Source: Octopus vulgaris (Eukaryota). From it: a stretch of 64,000 bases of DNA. The DNA lies in contig OX597830.1 in the NCBI GenBank assembly GCA_951406725.2, positions 20,088,001 to 20,152,000 of the forward strand, written 5' to 3'. Under the pieces are notes generated by a model. That model made no database searches and had not been told where the DNA came from. It saw only the letters and a program-made list of their open reading frames with translations. The stretch's first letter is position 1. Every line of letters starts with the position of its first letter. Positions 43,130 to 58,994 of the stretch are shown here, piece by piece. The position numbers were made by a program, and so were the translations under genes.

Positions 43130-43135
<6 letters not shown>
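42414..43135 (+). mobile_element. Retrozyme-like / non-autonomous PLE with inverted upstream copy, in (TA)n
   Basis: Segment order A'(42414-42497) B'(42506-42686) A(42685-42768) X B(42960-43135), where primes denote reverse complements. Confidence 0.82.
42956..43012 (+). ncRNA. Type I hammerhead ribozyme motif with canonical core
   Basis: AUCG | CUGAAGA | GGGG-aa-AAUUC-UUAU-GAAUU-aa-CCCC | GAA-AUUG-GGAC-CAAU-A | CGAU; predicted cleavage after A43008. Confidence 0.85.
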
Positions 43136-43183
<48 letters not shown>

Positions 43184-43270
43184 CATGTATATATATATAT
43201 ATGTGTATATATATATATGTATATGTATATATATTTATATATATACACTTTTCTACTTTATTTCCTCATT

Positions 43271-43631
43271 CTTTTACTTATTTCAGTCATTTGACTGCGG
43301 CCATGCTGGGACACTGCCTTATAGGGTTTTAATCGAAGAAATCAAACCCAGGACTCATTCTTGTTCTATCGGTATCTTTTGCTGAACCGCTAAGTTACGG
43401 GGGATATAAACATACCAGCATCGGTTGTCAAGCAAGCGTGAGTAACAAACACGAACACAGACACACACAGATATACATGCACACACACAAACACAAACAC
43501 ATACATATACATATGTACACATATATATATATATATATATCTCTATATATATATATACATATACGACGGTCTTCTTTCAGTTTCCGTCTACCAAATCCAC
43601 TCACAAGGCTTTGGTTGGCCCGAGGTTATAG
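43271..43631 (-). mobile_element. SINE family K, 5'-truncated
   Basis: Matches the tail and body of 23052-23455. Confidence 0.85.
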
Positions 43632-44066
43632 CCATATTCTTATTCTTCAACTGGTTTAGGTTATGTGTTGGATTGTGGCCCTGCTGGAGCCACACCTCCA
43701 TTTTTTTTTGCGTTTTCGAATCGATCGTATCGACTCCAGTATATATTCCATTCCGGATTGTATTACATCGGTCTATACTTGTTCAATCTGTATTTCACGG
43801 GACACAGATACGCAATCGCACGCTCACACATATAAATATGCATAAGTATGATCGGTAGACGAACAATTCCAATGAGCAATCGATAGAAAAAAATGAAAGA
43901 TATCTATGACTATACTTGCATATACTTACATATATACACAGAAAGGAAACGTCTACATACATGCACACAGACACAAACACACACACACACACACACATTA
44001 TAAAGCAGCTCATATGTGTATATCACTGCGTAAGCGTGTTATAATGTGCTGTTATATGTATGTGAG

Positions 44067-46175
<2,109 letters not shown>

Positions 46176-46504
46176 TGTGTGTGTTGTGTGTTGTTTAAAT
46201 GTGGTGATGAACAGCCATTATAGTGGTCAAGCATAGGATTGATACGGTATCTTGGTCCGGAGGCTGGAGGGTGCAGGGGCGTGAGGATGGGGAAGACGGT
46301 GTAGGTGGTGGTCGTGTTCTTGCTGGTGGTGGGGGAAGTAAGCGGACAAGACAGTGAGGTGGTAGTGGTGGTGGTGGCAGTGACGGTGGTGCCGGTGGAG
46401 GCAGTGGAGCTAGCCTCAATCTGATTTGGTACTATTGACGTCACACATTCGTTTGATCCACGCTCGTCTGGATCTCGGCAACAAAAGTAGTGGCCACATG
46501 AGTG

Positions 46505-46549
<45 letters not shown>

Positions 46550-46653
46550 ACAACAACAACAACAGCAGCAGCAGCGGTGGCAGCAGCAGCATCAAGGATA
46601 CTTTCGGACGCCTGTATATATACATATGTATGAGATAGGTATTAATATGTATT

Positions 46654-46684
<31 letters not shown>

Positions 46685-46782
46685 TTGTGTGTGAGATATC
46701 ATTGTGTGTGTGCACGTATGTATGTATGTATGTGTGCGTTTGTGTGCGTACGTATGTGAGTATAAGTGTTTGTGTGTGTGTA

Positions 46783-46819
<37 letters not shown>

Positions 46820-46934
46820 AAGAGAGACATGTAACTGGTCAATTGATACAGGCTTACGATCATATATATATATATATGTACACAGCTCACCATTATATAT
46901 ATATATACACACACTCACTCACACACACACACAG

Positions 46935-46965
<31 letters not shown>

Positions 46966-47108
46966 CGTACGTATATATGTATATATGTATGTATATATAT
47001 ATGTATATATATATATATATTACGTGTGTGTATGTGGTTGCTGCGTCTTTTATATGTTTGAGATAGGTTCTAAGAGACGGAGAGAGAGAGAGATAAAGAA
47101 AGAAAGAT

Positions 47109-47150
<42 letters not shown>

Positions 47151-47722
47151 GAAGGAAGGAAGGAAGGAAGGAAGGAAGGAAGGAGAAAGAAGGAAAGTGC
47201 GTGTGGAGGCGAGCCGTTTATATGGTGGTATGTAACTGCCACTTCAAACACCATCTCATGCACACTTACTCCTACCAACACTACTCCAGCCAAAACCCCC
47301 ATCTCCGACTCTTCCCCACCAACTACCGAAATGCCTACCTCCACCCCTCTACCCTAATACCCCAGAGTATTAATTCTACCCTTCTCCCCACCCGCATGCA
47401 TCGCACCATCCGCACCCTGATATTATTCCTTTGGTAATCGCTGATGACATACCCAAAGGTTAATTGCAACGATTACGAAATGAAGCTGTAGAAATCCGAT
47501 TTCCTGACACGGCTACTCCCTTTCCTCCCACACCCCAACACTATCGCTGCACCACACCAGCACTACACCGCTCAGCACCGCCATTGCACTTCACCGCCAT
47601 TACATCACGTCACCCACTCAACCACCCCTGTCTATATTACACCACCGCCATTCTGAAGACCAAACCACCTTCAGCGCATGTCACTAACATCATAGCCATA
47701 AGCAAATTATCGTATGCTGCTG

Positions 47723-47771
<49 letters not shown>

Positions 47772-47785
47772 TGCCGCTGCCGTTG

Positions 47786-47827
<42 letters not shown>

Positions 47828-48996
47828 GTGATGGTGATGATGATGATGATCACTACCACCACCATTACCGCCACCACTATCACCACTACCATCACAACCA
47901 CCACCATCACCACTACCATTACCACCAGCACCAGTGCCACCAGCACCAGCATCACCATTATGACCACCACTAATACCACCACCGCCATTATCATCTCCAT
48001 CACCACCTTCACCACTTCCACCATCACCCTCATCACCATCACCATCGCCACCACCACCACTGTCACCACCACCCCCAGCATCACTATCCCCATTACCATC
48101 CCCACCACCACCAACCCGACTACCACCATTACAATTGATGCCATACTGCATCATACACTACAGCATTAAAAGACACAACCATCGTACTTCACTGCATTGC
48201 TGTTGTTGCTGTCGTTGTCGTCGTCATCGTTGTTGTTGTTGTTGTTGCTGTTGTATAGCTTCCAGGTTAATATTCCCAACACACACAGGAGGCGTCAATA
48301 AGAAAAACGACGTCACAGAAACCTATTTGAAAAGGAGACATTGCATTCGGACACCAAACTGGAACAAGACTGGTGTTCCTGGAAGGCATCAGATTCTCCA
48401 TGGACTTCAATCTGTCCTGCCGGAGTCGTCAATCTTTCCTTACAAACCACATTGCTTTCATGTTCTTTCATTCTTTTCCGCGTTTCAGTTACTGGACCGC
48501 GGCCATCTTGGAGCATTGCCTTGAAGTGTTAGTCGAACAAATCGATCCTCGATCCTCGTATTTATTTTCCTTTAAAAGTCACGTATCTGCTTTATCGGTA
48601 TATTTTGCCAAACCGCTAACTTATGGGGACATAAACAAACCAATACCTGTTTTCTCGAGCAGTGGGATGGCGGCGACGGCGGTGGTGGTGGTCGAAGCGG
48701 GGTTCAAATGCATATATACACACACTCACACATATGTGCGTATGGATGTACTTATGAAGATGGAATTTCTTGTCGTAAGACGACTTATGGATGTTCAGCT
48801 TTTGCTTGACCGTCTCGCACAGATGATTTGTTTATGGTGGTCGAATGTATGTGCTGCACATTAAGCTCACTGCCGTCCATCAAACCGACGTTGCCTGCAC
48901 TGGTGCACAAGTGTGTCGAAATGATTGCAGAGTAACATGAAATGCAGTGCTTTGTTCAATTAAACAACGCACCGCCCGTTCCGGAATTCTAACCCA

Positions 48997-49350
48997 CGTG
49001 GCCGTTGCCAGCGCCGTTCCGACTGGTCTCGTGCCGGTGGCATGTAAAAAGCACCATCCGATCGTGGCCGTTGCCAGCCTCGCCTGGTCCCCGTGCCGGT
49101 GGCACGTAAAAAGCACCATCCGATCGTGTCCGTTTGCCAGCCTCATCTGGCACCTGTGCAGGTGGCATGTAAAAAGCACCCACTACACTCATGGAGTGGT
49201 TGGCGTTAGGAAGGGCATCCAGCTGTAGAAACATTGCCAGATCAGACTGGAGCCTGGTGCAACCTTCTGGCTTCCCAGACCCCAGTTGAACCGTCCAACC
49301 CATGCTAGCATGGAAAGCGGACGCTAAACGATGATGATGATGATGATGAT
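48997..49350 (+). mobile_element. Retroposon 3' part with three internal ~62-66 bp tandem units and a (GAT)n tail
   Basis: Units cgtggccgttgccagc...ggtggcacgtaaaaagcacc start at 48997, 49063 and 49125; then ggttggcgttaggaagggcatccagc and ...ggacgctaaacgatgatgatg. Confidence 0.8.
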
Positions 49351-49791
49351 CTAGCAATCGTAACTGCAACATTACACAGAACACAGAACGAGATAATCGC
49401 AAGTATACCTAAAAAATAACGAACAGAAACAGCTGTAAATGTTATCTTGACCATAATTAAACCTTGATCATTCAATACTAATGATCAACTTCTGATTGTT
49501 ACATGTTGCTCCATTTCTTCTCTTAGCTTATCTGAGCATATTAAAGCACGGTTTTACCATTTATATTACCAACTACTGTTAACCTTACAACAAGACCTAT
49601 ACATAGTTAGGTAATGAACCAGTAGTGACTACGGATACATTTATCTCTCAGACAGTTGCATAACGTCTAAGAGAGAGAGAGAGAGAGAGAGAGAGATTGA
49701 TAGATAGATAGATAGAATAGATAGATAGATAGATAGATAGATAGACATAGGTATAAATATATAGATATATATGTATATGTATTTTTTATAT

Positions 49792-49838
<47 letters not shown>

Positions 49839-50712
49839 GTTGAATAAAATTTGGGTAAAAACTTTGTAGTATGCTACACAAAGCGCGTACACCGTTATTG
49901 GCTACCATATGACAATATATAGCGAGTGTGATTACTCCTCTCACTGGATATACATCAGGAGTCTCATCTATAGGGTTTACCTAAAGAGATGAGTAAGAGT
50001 AAATGGATTGAACGCCATTCTTTATCTCAAATAACTACAATTGTTTCCACACATCGTTATATCAGTAATACGTTGTGGAGACGATATAACTAACATATTG
50101 CGTAATCTGTGTAAAATGTGCTTCTTCAGGTGCTTATTTTGAATAACCACAACCATCACATATACCACCAACACCACCACCACCACCACCACCTCTACCA
50201 CTACTAGTATCACAACCACAAACACCGCCATGCCCATCACCACCATTACCACTACACTACTACTACCACCAACAAGAACAATATAACCACCACTATCAAC
50301 TATCGTTACTAGAAACCGCCGCCACCACCACCACCACCACCGCCATCACCACTACACTCAATGCCACCATCATCACCACTATGTCAACACCACGCCGATG
50401 CCACATTACCGTACACCAGCCATAGCTACGGCACCACCTTAGCAACATGTCACTAATACACCATCACCACTACCACCACTGCTAGAATACCATATGTACA
50501 CACCTATACTTCACCACCACCATACCACACCACCATAAAACTAACACACAATCACCAAACAACCATCAAACTACAACGCATAAGCATAGCACAGCTCAGT
50601 AGCATCTCATCGCACCATCATACCATCGCGCAATTAACGTTTTCATTCAAGTCGAATTAACGGAGGTCGTTGTCATAACAGCGAGGGTCGTATCTCTTTA
50701 TTTGCTAGTCGG

Positions 50713-50756
<44 letters not shown>

Positions 50757-50934
50757 AACTTTTTTCCCTCTTTCACCCTCTCTCTAACTTTCACACACAC
50801 TCTCTCTCTCTTTCACTCTGTCCCTTTCTTTCTTTCTTTCTTTCTTTCTATCGTTCTTTTTTTCTTTCTCTCCTTCTCTCTCTGTCTATCTTTCGCCCTG
50901 TCTGTCTCTCTTTCCCTCTCTCCAGTCCTGTCTA

Positions 50935-51006
<72 letters not shown>

Positions 51007-51025
51007 TCTATCGATCTATCTATCG

Positions 51026-51056
<31 letters not shown>

Positions 51057-51129
51057 GATCTTTATTTATCTATCAATAACAATAGCATTAACGGCAGCAA
51101 GCGATATTAGTATTAAACAGCTATACAAA

Positions 51130-51454
51130 ATATTTTTAATTATATGAGAGGGCACACGAAGCACCAGGCTGCTAAAAAGTGACACGGAACTATTCAAAAT
51201 TTAACGGATTACAACGAAGCGAGACGCATTTTTCGTTTTAGGTAGAGCTTGAGCTGCTGAGGAGAATTGAGGTTGTAACCATAATTCAAAATCATGATCC
51301 AGGAATATCTGTTACCTTATTCTACAGCTTTTTAGCTGAGAGAAGATGCTAAATTCCTTTCGTTTGCCCAATTCATATTGGTTCGTTACATATTTTCAGT
51401 AAGACTGGCGGTTAAGTTGGTGCTTCGTGTAGCCTCCAATATGATTAAGAATAT
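51130..51454 (+). mobile_element. Small element with ~37 bp imperfect terminal inverted repeats and an internal hammerhead motif
   Basis: 51130-51166 versus 51418-51454 (core acacgaagcacca / tggtgcttcgtgt); HHR at 51254-51302. Confidence 0.7.
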
Positions 51455-51590
51455 ATATAGATATAGTTATAATCAAATGGATAACAGACGATAGGTTTAT
51501 CCTATCCTACCTGGTGCAAATCTTTTCAAGTACCTGATTCTAAATGAATCCTTGTTTTACTAAATATATATACATATGTATATATATATA

Positions 51591-51707
51591 TTAGGTCTGA
51601 TCAATAAGTATCCGGACGGTTGCCATAGTAACAAATCTAAAGCACGCACAGTGAAGCCGCATGACAAAGATTGACCTTGTGACCCTGCTGTGCATGTGTA
51701 CTAAGTT
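51591..51707 (+). mobile_element. Probable terminal fragment of a mariner-like element
   Basis: Follows (TA)n; aggtctgatcaataagtatccgga resembles mariner TIR starts; no partner end seen. Confidence 0.45.
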
Positions 51708-52094
51708 GTGGTGTAGACAACAAACAGATGTATTAGTATAACGCCCGGGAAGTGAAAAAGTCTTTAAAGTTTCGAGCCTACGCTCTTCCACGGAAAGGAA
51801 CAGAGAAAGAAACAAGAAGAGAAAATAAAGAATGTGTAGTGGCTAGCAATCTATCATAGCGAATACCGGACAGAAGGGTCACACAGGAGATCTAGGGAGA
51901 AGGGGAGATAATAAAGTAGTGGTGATCCCAAAACGAAGGTGCGCGTGCTTGTGTATAAGAGAAGTTTGCAACTGGAAGGGGTGGGTGACGTTGACGTGTG
52001 TGTGTTAATTCGCAGTGGGAAAATGTAGGGTCTCGGCAAAGTGGTCAGTGCTAGTGTGTACGTGGTAGTGTGTTGTGATGTGATGTGTCGTGTC

Positions 52095-52096
<2 letters not shown>
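51708..52096 (-). mobile_element. Longest copy of the HHR-variant element family (cf. 24008, 34129)
   Basis: Minus strand CTTT-CCGTGGAA-GAGC-GTAG-GCTC-GAAACTTT-AAAG at 51796->51762; upstream sequence matches 34145-34195. Confidence 0.78.
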
Positions 52097-52128
<32 letters not shown>

Positions 52129-52173
52129 AATATTAGGGAATAATTTAATATAATTTAATATAATATATATATA

Positions 52174-52344
52174 AGGCGCAGGTGTGGGTATGTGGTCAGT
52201 AGCTTGCTCACCAACCACATGATTCTGGGTTGAGTCCTACTGCGTGGCACCGTGGGAAACTGTCTTCTGCTATAGCCTCGGGTCGACCAAAGCCTTTTGA
52301 ATGGATTTGGTAGACAGAAACTGAAAGAAGCTCGTCGTGAGTGT

Positions 52345-52407
<63 letters not shown>

Positions 52408-52600
52408 TGTGTGTTTATGTGTCTGTGTTTGACAACCGATGCTGCTGTGTTTACGTCCCCACAGCTTAGAGGTTCGGCAAAGAAGACCGATGGAATAAGT
52501 ACTAGGCTTACAAAGAATAAGTCAATGGGTCGACTTGTTCGACTAAAGGTGGTGTTCCTTCAAGGCCGCAGTCAAATGCCTGAAACAAGTAAAGAATAAA
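52174..52600 (+). mobile_element. SINE family K, full length
   Basis: ggcgcaggtgtgggtatgtgg head through the gaaacaagtaaagaataa tail. Confidence 0.9.
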
Positions 52601-53377
52601 AATATGTGTGTGTGTGTGTATGTGTGTGTATATCAGTCAACCAATTCTCTTATCTATCGGTCTACCTATTTATCTAACTATCAATCAAGCTATCGCTTCC
52701 TCCTTTTTCCCTTCTACACCCACCTTTCTATGTATCACCTCCCTTCTTTTGTCCTTCTCTCTGTCTCTCTCTCTGTCCCTCTCTCTCTATCTATCTTCTC
52801 TATCTCTCCATCCATTTACCTATCTATCTCTTCATCTCTGTATCATCTCTCATTTTCCTCAACACTGCTTCACCTTACGTCCACTTTAACAAACCACCTT
52901 CGTTCCCTCCAAAGCGGTCTCCTATTCCCATTCTCATTTCACCGTCCCTTTCTCTTCCTGCATCATTCGACCTGACCCACCTCCACCTCACCACTGTACC
53001 TTCTCTTTGTCACTCACTCCTCTCCCCTTTATTTAATCTCGCTTCTTCACCATTCTTGAAATTCTAAAGTTACTTTGGAAGTGTCTGGGAGATAGTTTAT
53101 ATTACCTACAAGCCTTCAATAAGGGTAAATGCTTATGTATACATACATACACACATACATACATACATACACGTGTGTGTGTGAGTATATAAATATATAC
53201 ATATATATATACACACACATACATACATACATACATACATACATACATACATACATACATACATACATACATACATACATCTTATGTTTTTGGATCCTGT
53301 ATTTTTACTTTCATATTATCTATATATATATATATGTGCATATGTATACACGAATATATACATACACATATATGTAC

Positions 53378-53411
<34 letters not shown>

Positions 53412-53599
53412 ATGTATATATGTATTTGTATTATACATGAATGAAAGAATCCATTCATCCTTCTATCCCTCTGTCTATCAATCCCTCTAAACACACATTT
53501 TCATACGAATAAAGAAACATACGTACATAGGCATATACACAATCATGCATACATACGCACCTACCGGCATACATTCAGGCATACATATAAATACATTCG

Positions 53600-53704
<105 letters not shown>

Positions 53705-53895
53705 GTATGTATGTATATACACACATACATGTATACACAGACACACAAAGACACACAAACACACAGAGACACATACACATACACATACACATACACACTC
53801 GCACATGCAAACGTGCAAATATAAATACCTAGCCGTTTACTCGCCCATTTAGCGATATACTCAATTAATTTCAACGCCTACGTTCTTAAGAAGAC

Positions 53896-53964
<69 letters not shown>

Positions 53965-54202
53965 CAGACAGCTATATAAAGCAGACGCACACGCGTACGC
54001 GCATATGCACGCATACTCGCATATACACCTACGCACGTACAAACATAACCACGCAGAAATACTCATACACAGACATGCAAGCACGCTGTCTGATCTATAT
54101 CGTCATTGTACGTCAATAAAACGGCTGAACACAGCAAAGAAATCATCCTCTGTGCTTGTCTCTGTGTGTGTGTGTGTGTGTGTGCATGTACGTATGTGTG
54201 TG

Positions 54203-54235
<33 letters not shown>

Positions 54236-54586
54236 TATATATGTGTTATATATATATATATGTATCTATGTATGTTTCGGCATTTGTGCATGTACCTACG
54301 TATGCTCTATGTCGGTATGTGTCAATGTGGTTATATGCACATGCTTGTACATATGCGTGCGTGTCTATGTGTTACTGTATGTCTGTATCTGTGTGTGTGT
54401 GTATGTCTTGTGCATGATTTATATGTGTATGTAGGAAAATGTGTGTGATTGGGTATAACGGTAAGTGTTTGCGTGGTCGCATTTGTATATGTATGCGTTT
54501 CAACTTATGTGTGATCGTGTGTGCGTATGCGTGTAAGTATGTATGTGTGTATGTATATATATGCGTGCGTGCGCGTGTGTGTGTTC

Positions 54587-54646
<60 letters not shown>

Positions 54647-54752
54647 TTGTGTGTGAGATCGCTGTATTCTTGCGTGTGTATAAATTTGTTGGTCATGGTA
54701 TGCATATAGGTGCTGATATATCAGTGTATTTATGTGTGTGTATGCTTGTGTA

Positions 54753-54785
<33 letters not shown>

Positions 54786-55304
54786 GAAGAAGAAGAGCTG
54801 GAATGTATGCCGGTACAAGATATTGACCAATCATGTCTTTTTTTTTTTCCTTCCGTGTCCGACATACCACTGCACAATGAATGCACCTTCACAAGTTGCA
54901 AGCAGCATTGCAGTTATGCAAAACGTCAGAATGCAATTTCACCGAATTAATTACAGCAACAGCAACAACAACAACAACAACAAGAAGAACGATAAGAACT
55001 GTAAGAAGAAGCGCCAAAAAAAAAAGGGGGTGAATATCTTCTAAGAACTTTGGTACTAATAAAAGACTGGAACTTTAATTCTGTATTCATGGAGGTAGAC
55101 TATATGAAATGGTAACTGGCCCCTTGAAGCACCACTGCCGTTACCATTGGTATCAGCAGCGCCACCTTGCGAGCTAATAACACACTTTCTACGTCGTCGC
55201 TCCACCTGCGTTAATAGCAACCAAAATTTGTTTAAAATCACCGTAGTCTCTTACAAAAGAAGGAAGAACGCATTGGATGATGTAGTCCTATATATACAAA
55301 AGTG

Positions 55305-55617
55305 GTGGCTTAGTGGTTAAGGTATTCAACTTATGAGTGTAAGGGCGTGAGTTCAATTCCTGGTAACGCGTTGTGTCCTTGAGCAAGATACTTTATTTCA
55401 CGTTGCTCAAATCTACTCAGCTGGCAAAAATGAGTAGCACCTGTATTTCAAAGGGCCAGCTTTGTCACACTCTGTCACGCTGAATCTCCCTGAGAACTAC
55501 GTTAAATGTATACGTATCTGTGGAGTACTCAGCCACTTGCATGTTAATTTCACGAGCAAGCTGTTCCGTTGATCGAATCAGCTGGAACTTTTGTCATCGT
55601 AACCGACGGAGCGCCAG
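55305..55617 (+). mobile_element. SINE family C (CORE-like), full length
   Basis: gtggcttagtggttaagg...gagttcaattcc...gtgtccttgagcaagatacttt...cgtaaccgacggagcgcca. Confidence 0.88.
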
Positions 55618-56593
55618 TCAAAAAAGTCATTTATACAGGATAGTCACGGCTGGAATGCCTTTGATTATACGTCTGCTCAGCTAACGCTGACTTTGGGTTA
55701 AATAACAGCAGGAACATCTTAGATGTCTCCTTACCCCAGATTTAATTATAAGATATTGGACGACCCGGTACTTTAGTAAAAGACTCTTGATAAAAGTGCC
55801 GTACAGTGGCACTGAGCACGTAACCGCATGTTTGCAAGTGTCTTCTAGAATAAGCCAAAGCAGACCAATGCCTTGCGAGTGAATATGGTAGACACTTACT
55901 TGGTGGAAGCTTGCTGTGAACATTTAATTAATAAGGGTGTATAGATATGTGAATTAAAAAAAATAAATATAAAATGGGTATTGTAATTTGTTCGACTAAA
56001 ACCCTTCAAGGTGGTGTCCTTGCATGGCCGCAGTCCAGTGTAAAATATAAGTCATAAAAGATAAATATTCTTTCATCTTGTCTGTTTTGTACGTCAATAT
56101 AAGGCATACACACACAAACGAAATGAAATATTTTATAAAAATTAAAGAAATATGGTTCACATATAGTAAGTGTAAGTAAAATCAAAAGATACCTCTCGCA
56201 TTTTACAATTTTATAACTTCTAGCTTTTGTCTTATAATTGTTTAAGAGAATGGACGAGGCAGAGCAGGAGCTCACACGAGGACAAAAAGTGTCACTAAAG
56301 AGGTCACAGATGTGTGACGAAAGACTTCTGGACAATGGGCATGAGTTAAAATAAGAACAATAATAAACGAGTAATGGACGAGTAGATCGTGCGTGTGTTT
56401 ATTTGGCAAAAGAAGCAAAAGTGACCATCCCGAAATTCAACATCTGTTTCAACGCAGTTTCACATCAATTCAAAAATTTATGAGTTGTTAAATGTTTTAA
56501 GATAAATTTTCAGTGTAATTCTTTTGGCTAAATGTTGCTGTTTGATCCCATAATTATGAGACATTATTATAAACCAGAAACTCTTTACTATTC

Positions 56594-57000
56594 ACTCTTT
56601 TACCTGTTTCAGTCATTTGACTGTGGCCATACTGGAGCACAGCCTTCAGTCGAGCAAATCGACCCCAGGACTTATTCTTTGTAAGCCTAGTACTTATTCT
56701 ATCGGTTTCTTTTTGCCGAACCGCTAAGTTACGGGGACGTAAACACACCAGTATCGGTTGTCAAGCGATGTTGGGGGACAAACACAGACACACAAACATA
56801 CACATACACACACATACATACATATAAACATACATACGGCGGGCTTCTTTCAGTTTCTGTCTATCAAATCCACTCACAAGGATTTGGTCGGCCCGAGGCT
56901 ATAGTAGAAGACACTTGCCCAAGGTGCCACGCAGTGGGACTGAACCCGGAACCATGTGGCTGGTAAGCAAGCTACTTACCACACAGCCACACCTACGCCT
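56594..57000 (-). mobile_element. SINE family K, full length, flanked by a ~99 bp direct duplication
   Basis: Flanks 56483-56581 and 57004-57102 are homologous. Confidence 0.92.
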
Positions 57001-57938
57001 TTTAGTTGTTTAATGTTTTAAGATAAATTTTCAGTGTTATGCTTTCGGCTAAACGTTGCTGCTTGATCCCACAATTATGAGACATTATTATAAAAAGGAA
57101 ACCATATTTTCTTTTTATTACCATTCTTTTGCTTTCTGTGTCCACATTCCTTGAATTCTGCTGAAATCCTTTTCGCAGAGATTTTTTTGTCCCCTTTTCT
57201 CCTCTTCGACTTTGGATCAATGACAATCATAATATCAGGGTCGATCTATGCACGATTACACCTACTCTCCAAATATGTGCGCTTCAAGTCTTGGCAGAAT
57301 CGTTTGCGCTCGACATAAAGTGCTTAGTGGCATTTATGCAGACTCTTTCCGTCCTAAGTTCAAATTCCGCCGAGGTCGACTCTACCTTTCATGCTTTTGG
57401 GTTTGATAAAATAAGTCGATATAATCAACTTAGCCCCCTGCCCAGAAATTGCAGAGGTGTTCGAGGAAGGTGGAGTTTTGGAGTGCCCGCATGTGTCATG
57501 ATTCTCAAACGTTTCTAATTTATCAAAATTATCTCTACATCAATAGAATGTACCGTAATTAACAATTGTCAATTAAGATAATAACCTCAAGAATCAAGAA
57601 TTCTTCAAATTTGACATGCCCTTACGACATGCCCTCGTAAGTAAATAAACAAGCGTATTGTCAAGAGATAACAGGACATATACATATGTATAACGTACAA
57701 AGTTATTGGTCAATACAAGGCTTGGTAAAATGCACTTATCAATGTATCGTGCAGTGGGATCGGATCTGGAAATGTGAAATTTACGCCGGAGCCATTATCA
57801 GTAATAATAATTTCTGTCTTTAAACAATGTTGTAGTATATCATTATAATTAAGCATCTGAGGTCAAATTTCACCAAGGTAGACTTTGCTCATCCTCCATC
57901 CAGAATCTATAATATTAAGTATCTAAAAGAATTTGGAT

Positions 57939-57939
<1 letters not shown>

Positions 57940-57971
<32 letters not shown>

Positions 57972-58229
57972 CTTCTTCTTCTTCTTCTTCTTCTTCTTCT
58001 TCTTCTTCTTCTTCTTCTTCTTCTTCTTCTTCTTCTTCTTCTTCTTTCCCTCCCTCCCTCCTCCTTTTCGCAATTTATCATCACATACTATTTTTCTCAC
58101 CTCCACTTCTCCATTCTCCCCACCTCCTCCTACACTTCACAGTCTCCTCCTCCTCCTCCTCCTCTTACTACTACTACTACTACTACTACTAGTAGTAGTA
58201 CTACTACTACCACCACCACCACCATCACA

Positions 58230-58291
<62 letters not shown>

Positions 58292-58723
58292 CTCTTCTCC
58301 ATCGTCTCCATGGTCGTAATCGTCTGCCATGCTTTTTCTCCTCCCTCTACTAACCATATTTTCTCATCTGTACTTTTAATTTCATAATGCTTTATTTTAC
58401 TGCGAGAAGGAAGTCAAGGAGGAAGAAGAAGAATGGAAAAGAGTAAGGAGGAGCGAGCCAAGGTGAAGGCAAGAGATGAAAGGAGAAAAAGAAAGTAGAA
58501 AAAGGAGAGTGGAAAGGGGAAAACATAGGGTGAAAGGGGGAGAAAGATATAGTGATATACAGAATGAGTTAAAGATGAGATATATAGACGCATAAATAGA
58601 TAGAGAGACAGACAGGACAGACCAGAGATACAGACAAGTAGGTAGGTAGGCAGGTAGGTAGGTAGGTAGGTAGGTAGGTAGGTAGGTAGGTAGGTAGGTA
58701 CATAGACTGACAGACAGACAAAC

Positions 58724-58785
<62 letters not shown>

Positions 58786-58786
58786 C

Positions 58787-58818
<32 letters not shown>

Positions 58819-58825
58819 CAGACAA

Positions 58826-58862
<37 letters not shown>

Positions 58863-58880
58863 TAGGTAGATAGATAGATA
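57940..58880. repeat. (GTT)n/(CTT)n/(CTA)n/(TAGG)n/(GATA)n tracts
   Basis: Visible directly. Confidence 0.93.
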
Positions 58881-58960
58881 AGTTTCTTTATTGGCCACAC
58901 AGGGCTGCATACAGATGGGACAAGTTACAAGGTAGAGCTTTTCTTTTGGGGGATGAAAAA
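58881..58960 (-). mobile_element. Retroelement 3'-end fragment (also at 21291-21318 plus and 23537-23594 minus)
   Basis: tgcagccctgtgtggc(c/t)aataaa is shared by three loci, each next to a microsatellite. Confidence 0.65.
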
Positions 58961-58994
58961 AACAAAAAACAAAAGAAACAATAAAAAAGGGGGT

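Noticed and set aside
48997-49180. Three ~62-66 bp repeats that superficially resemble a CRISPR array
   Set aside because: The units are tandem with homologous rather than unique spacers, lie inside a eukaryotic retroposon, and there are no cas genes.
49426-49441. GAAACAGCTGTA, identical to the hammerhead 3' half at 42089
   Set aside because: No upstream CUGANGA box or stem II; probably chance.
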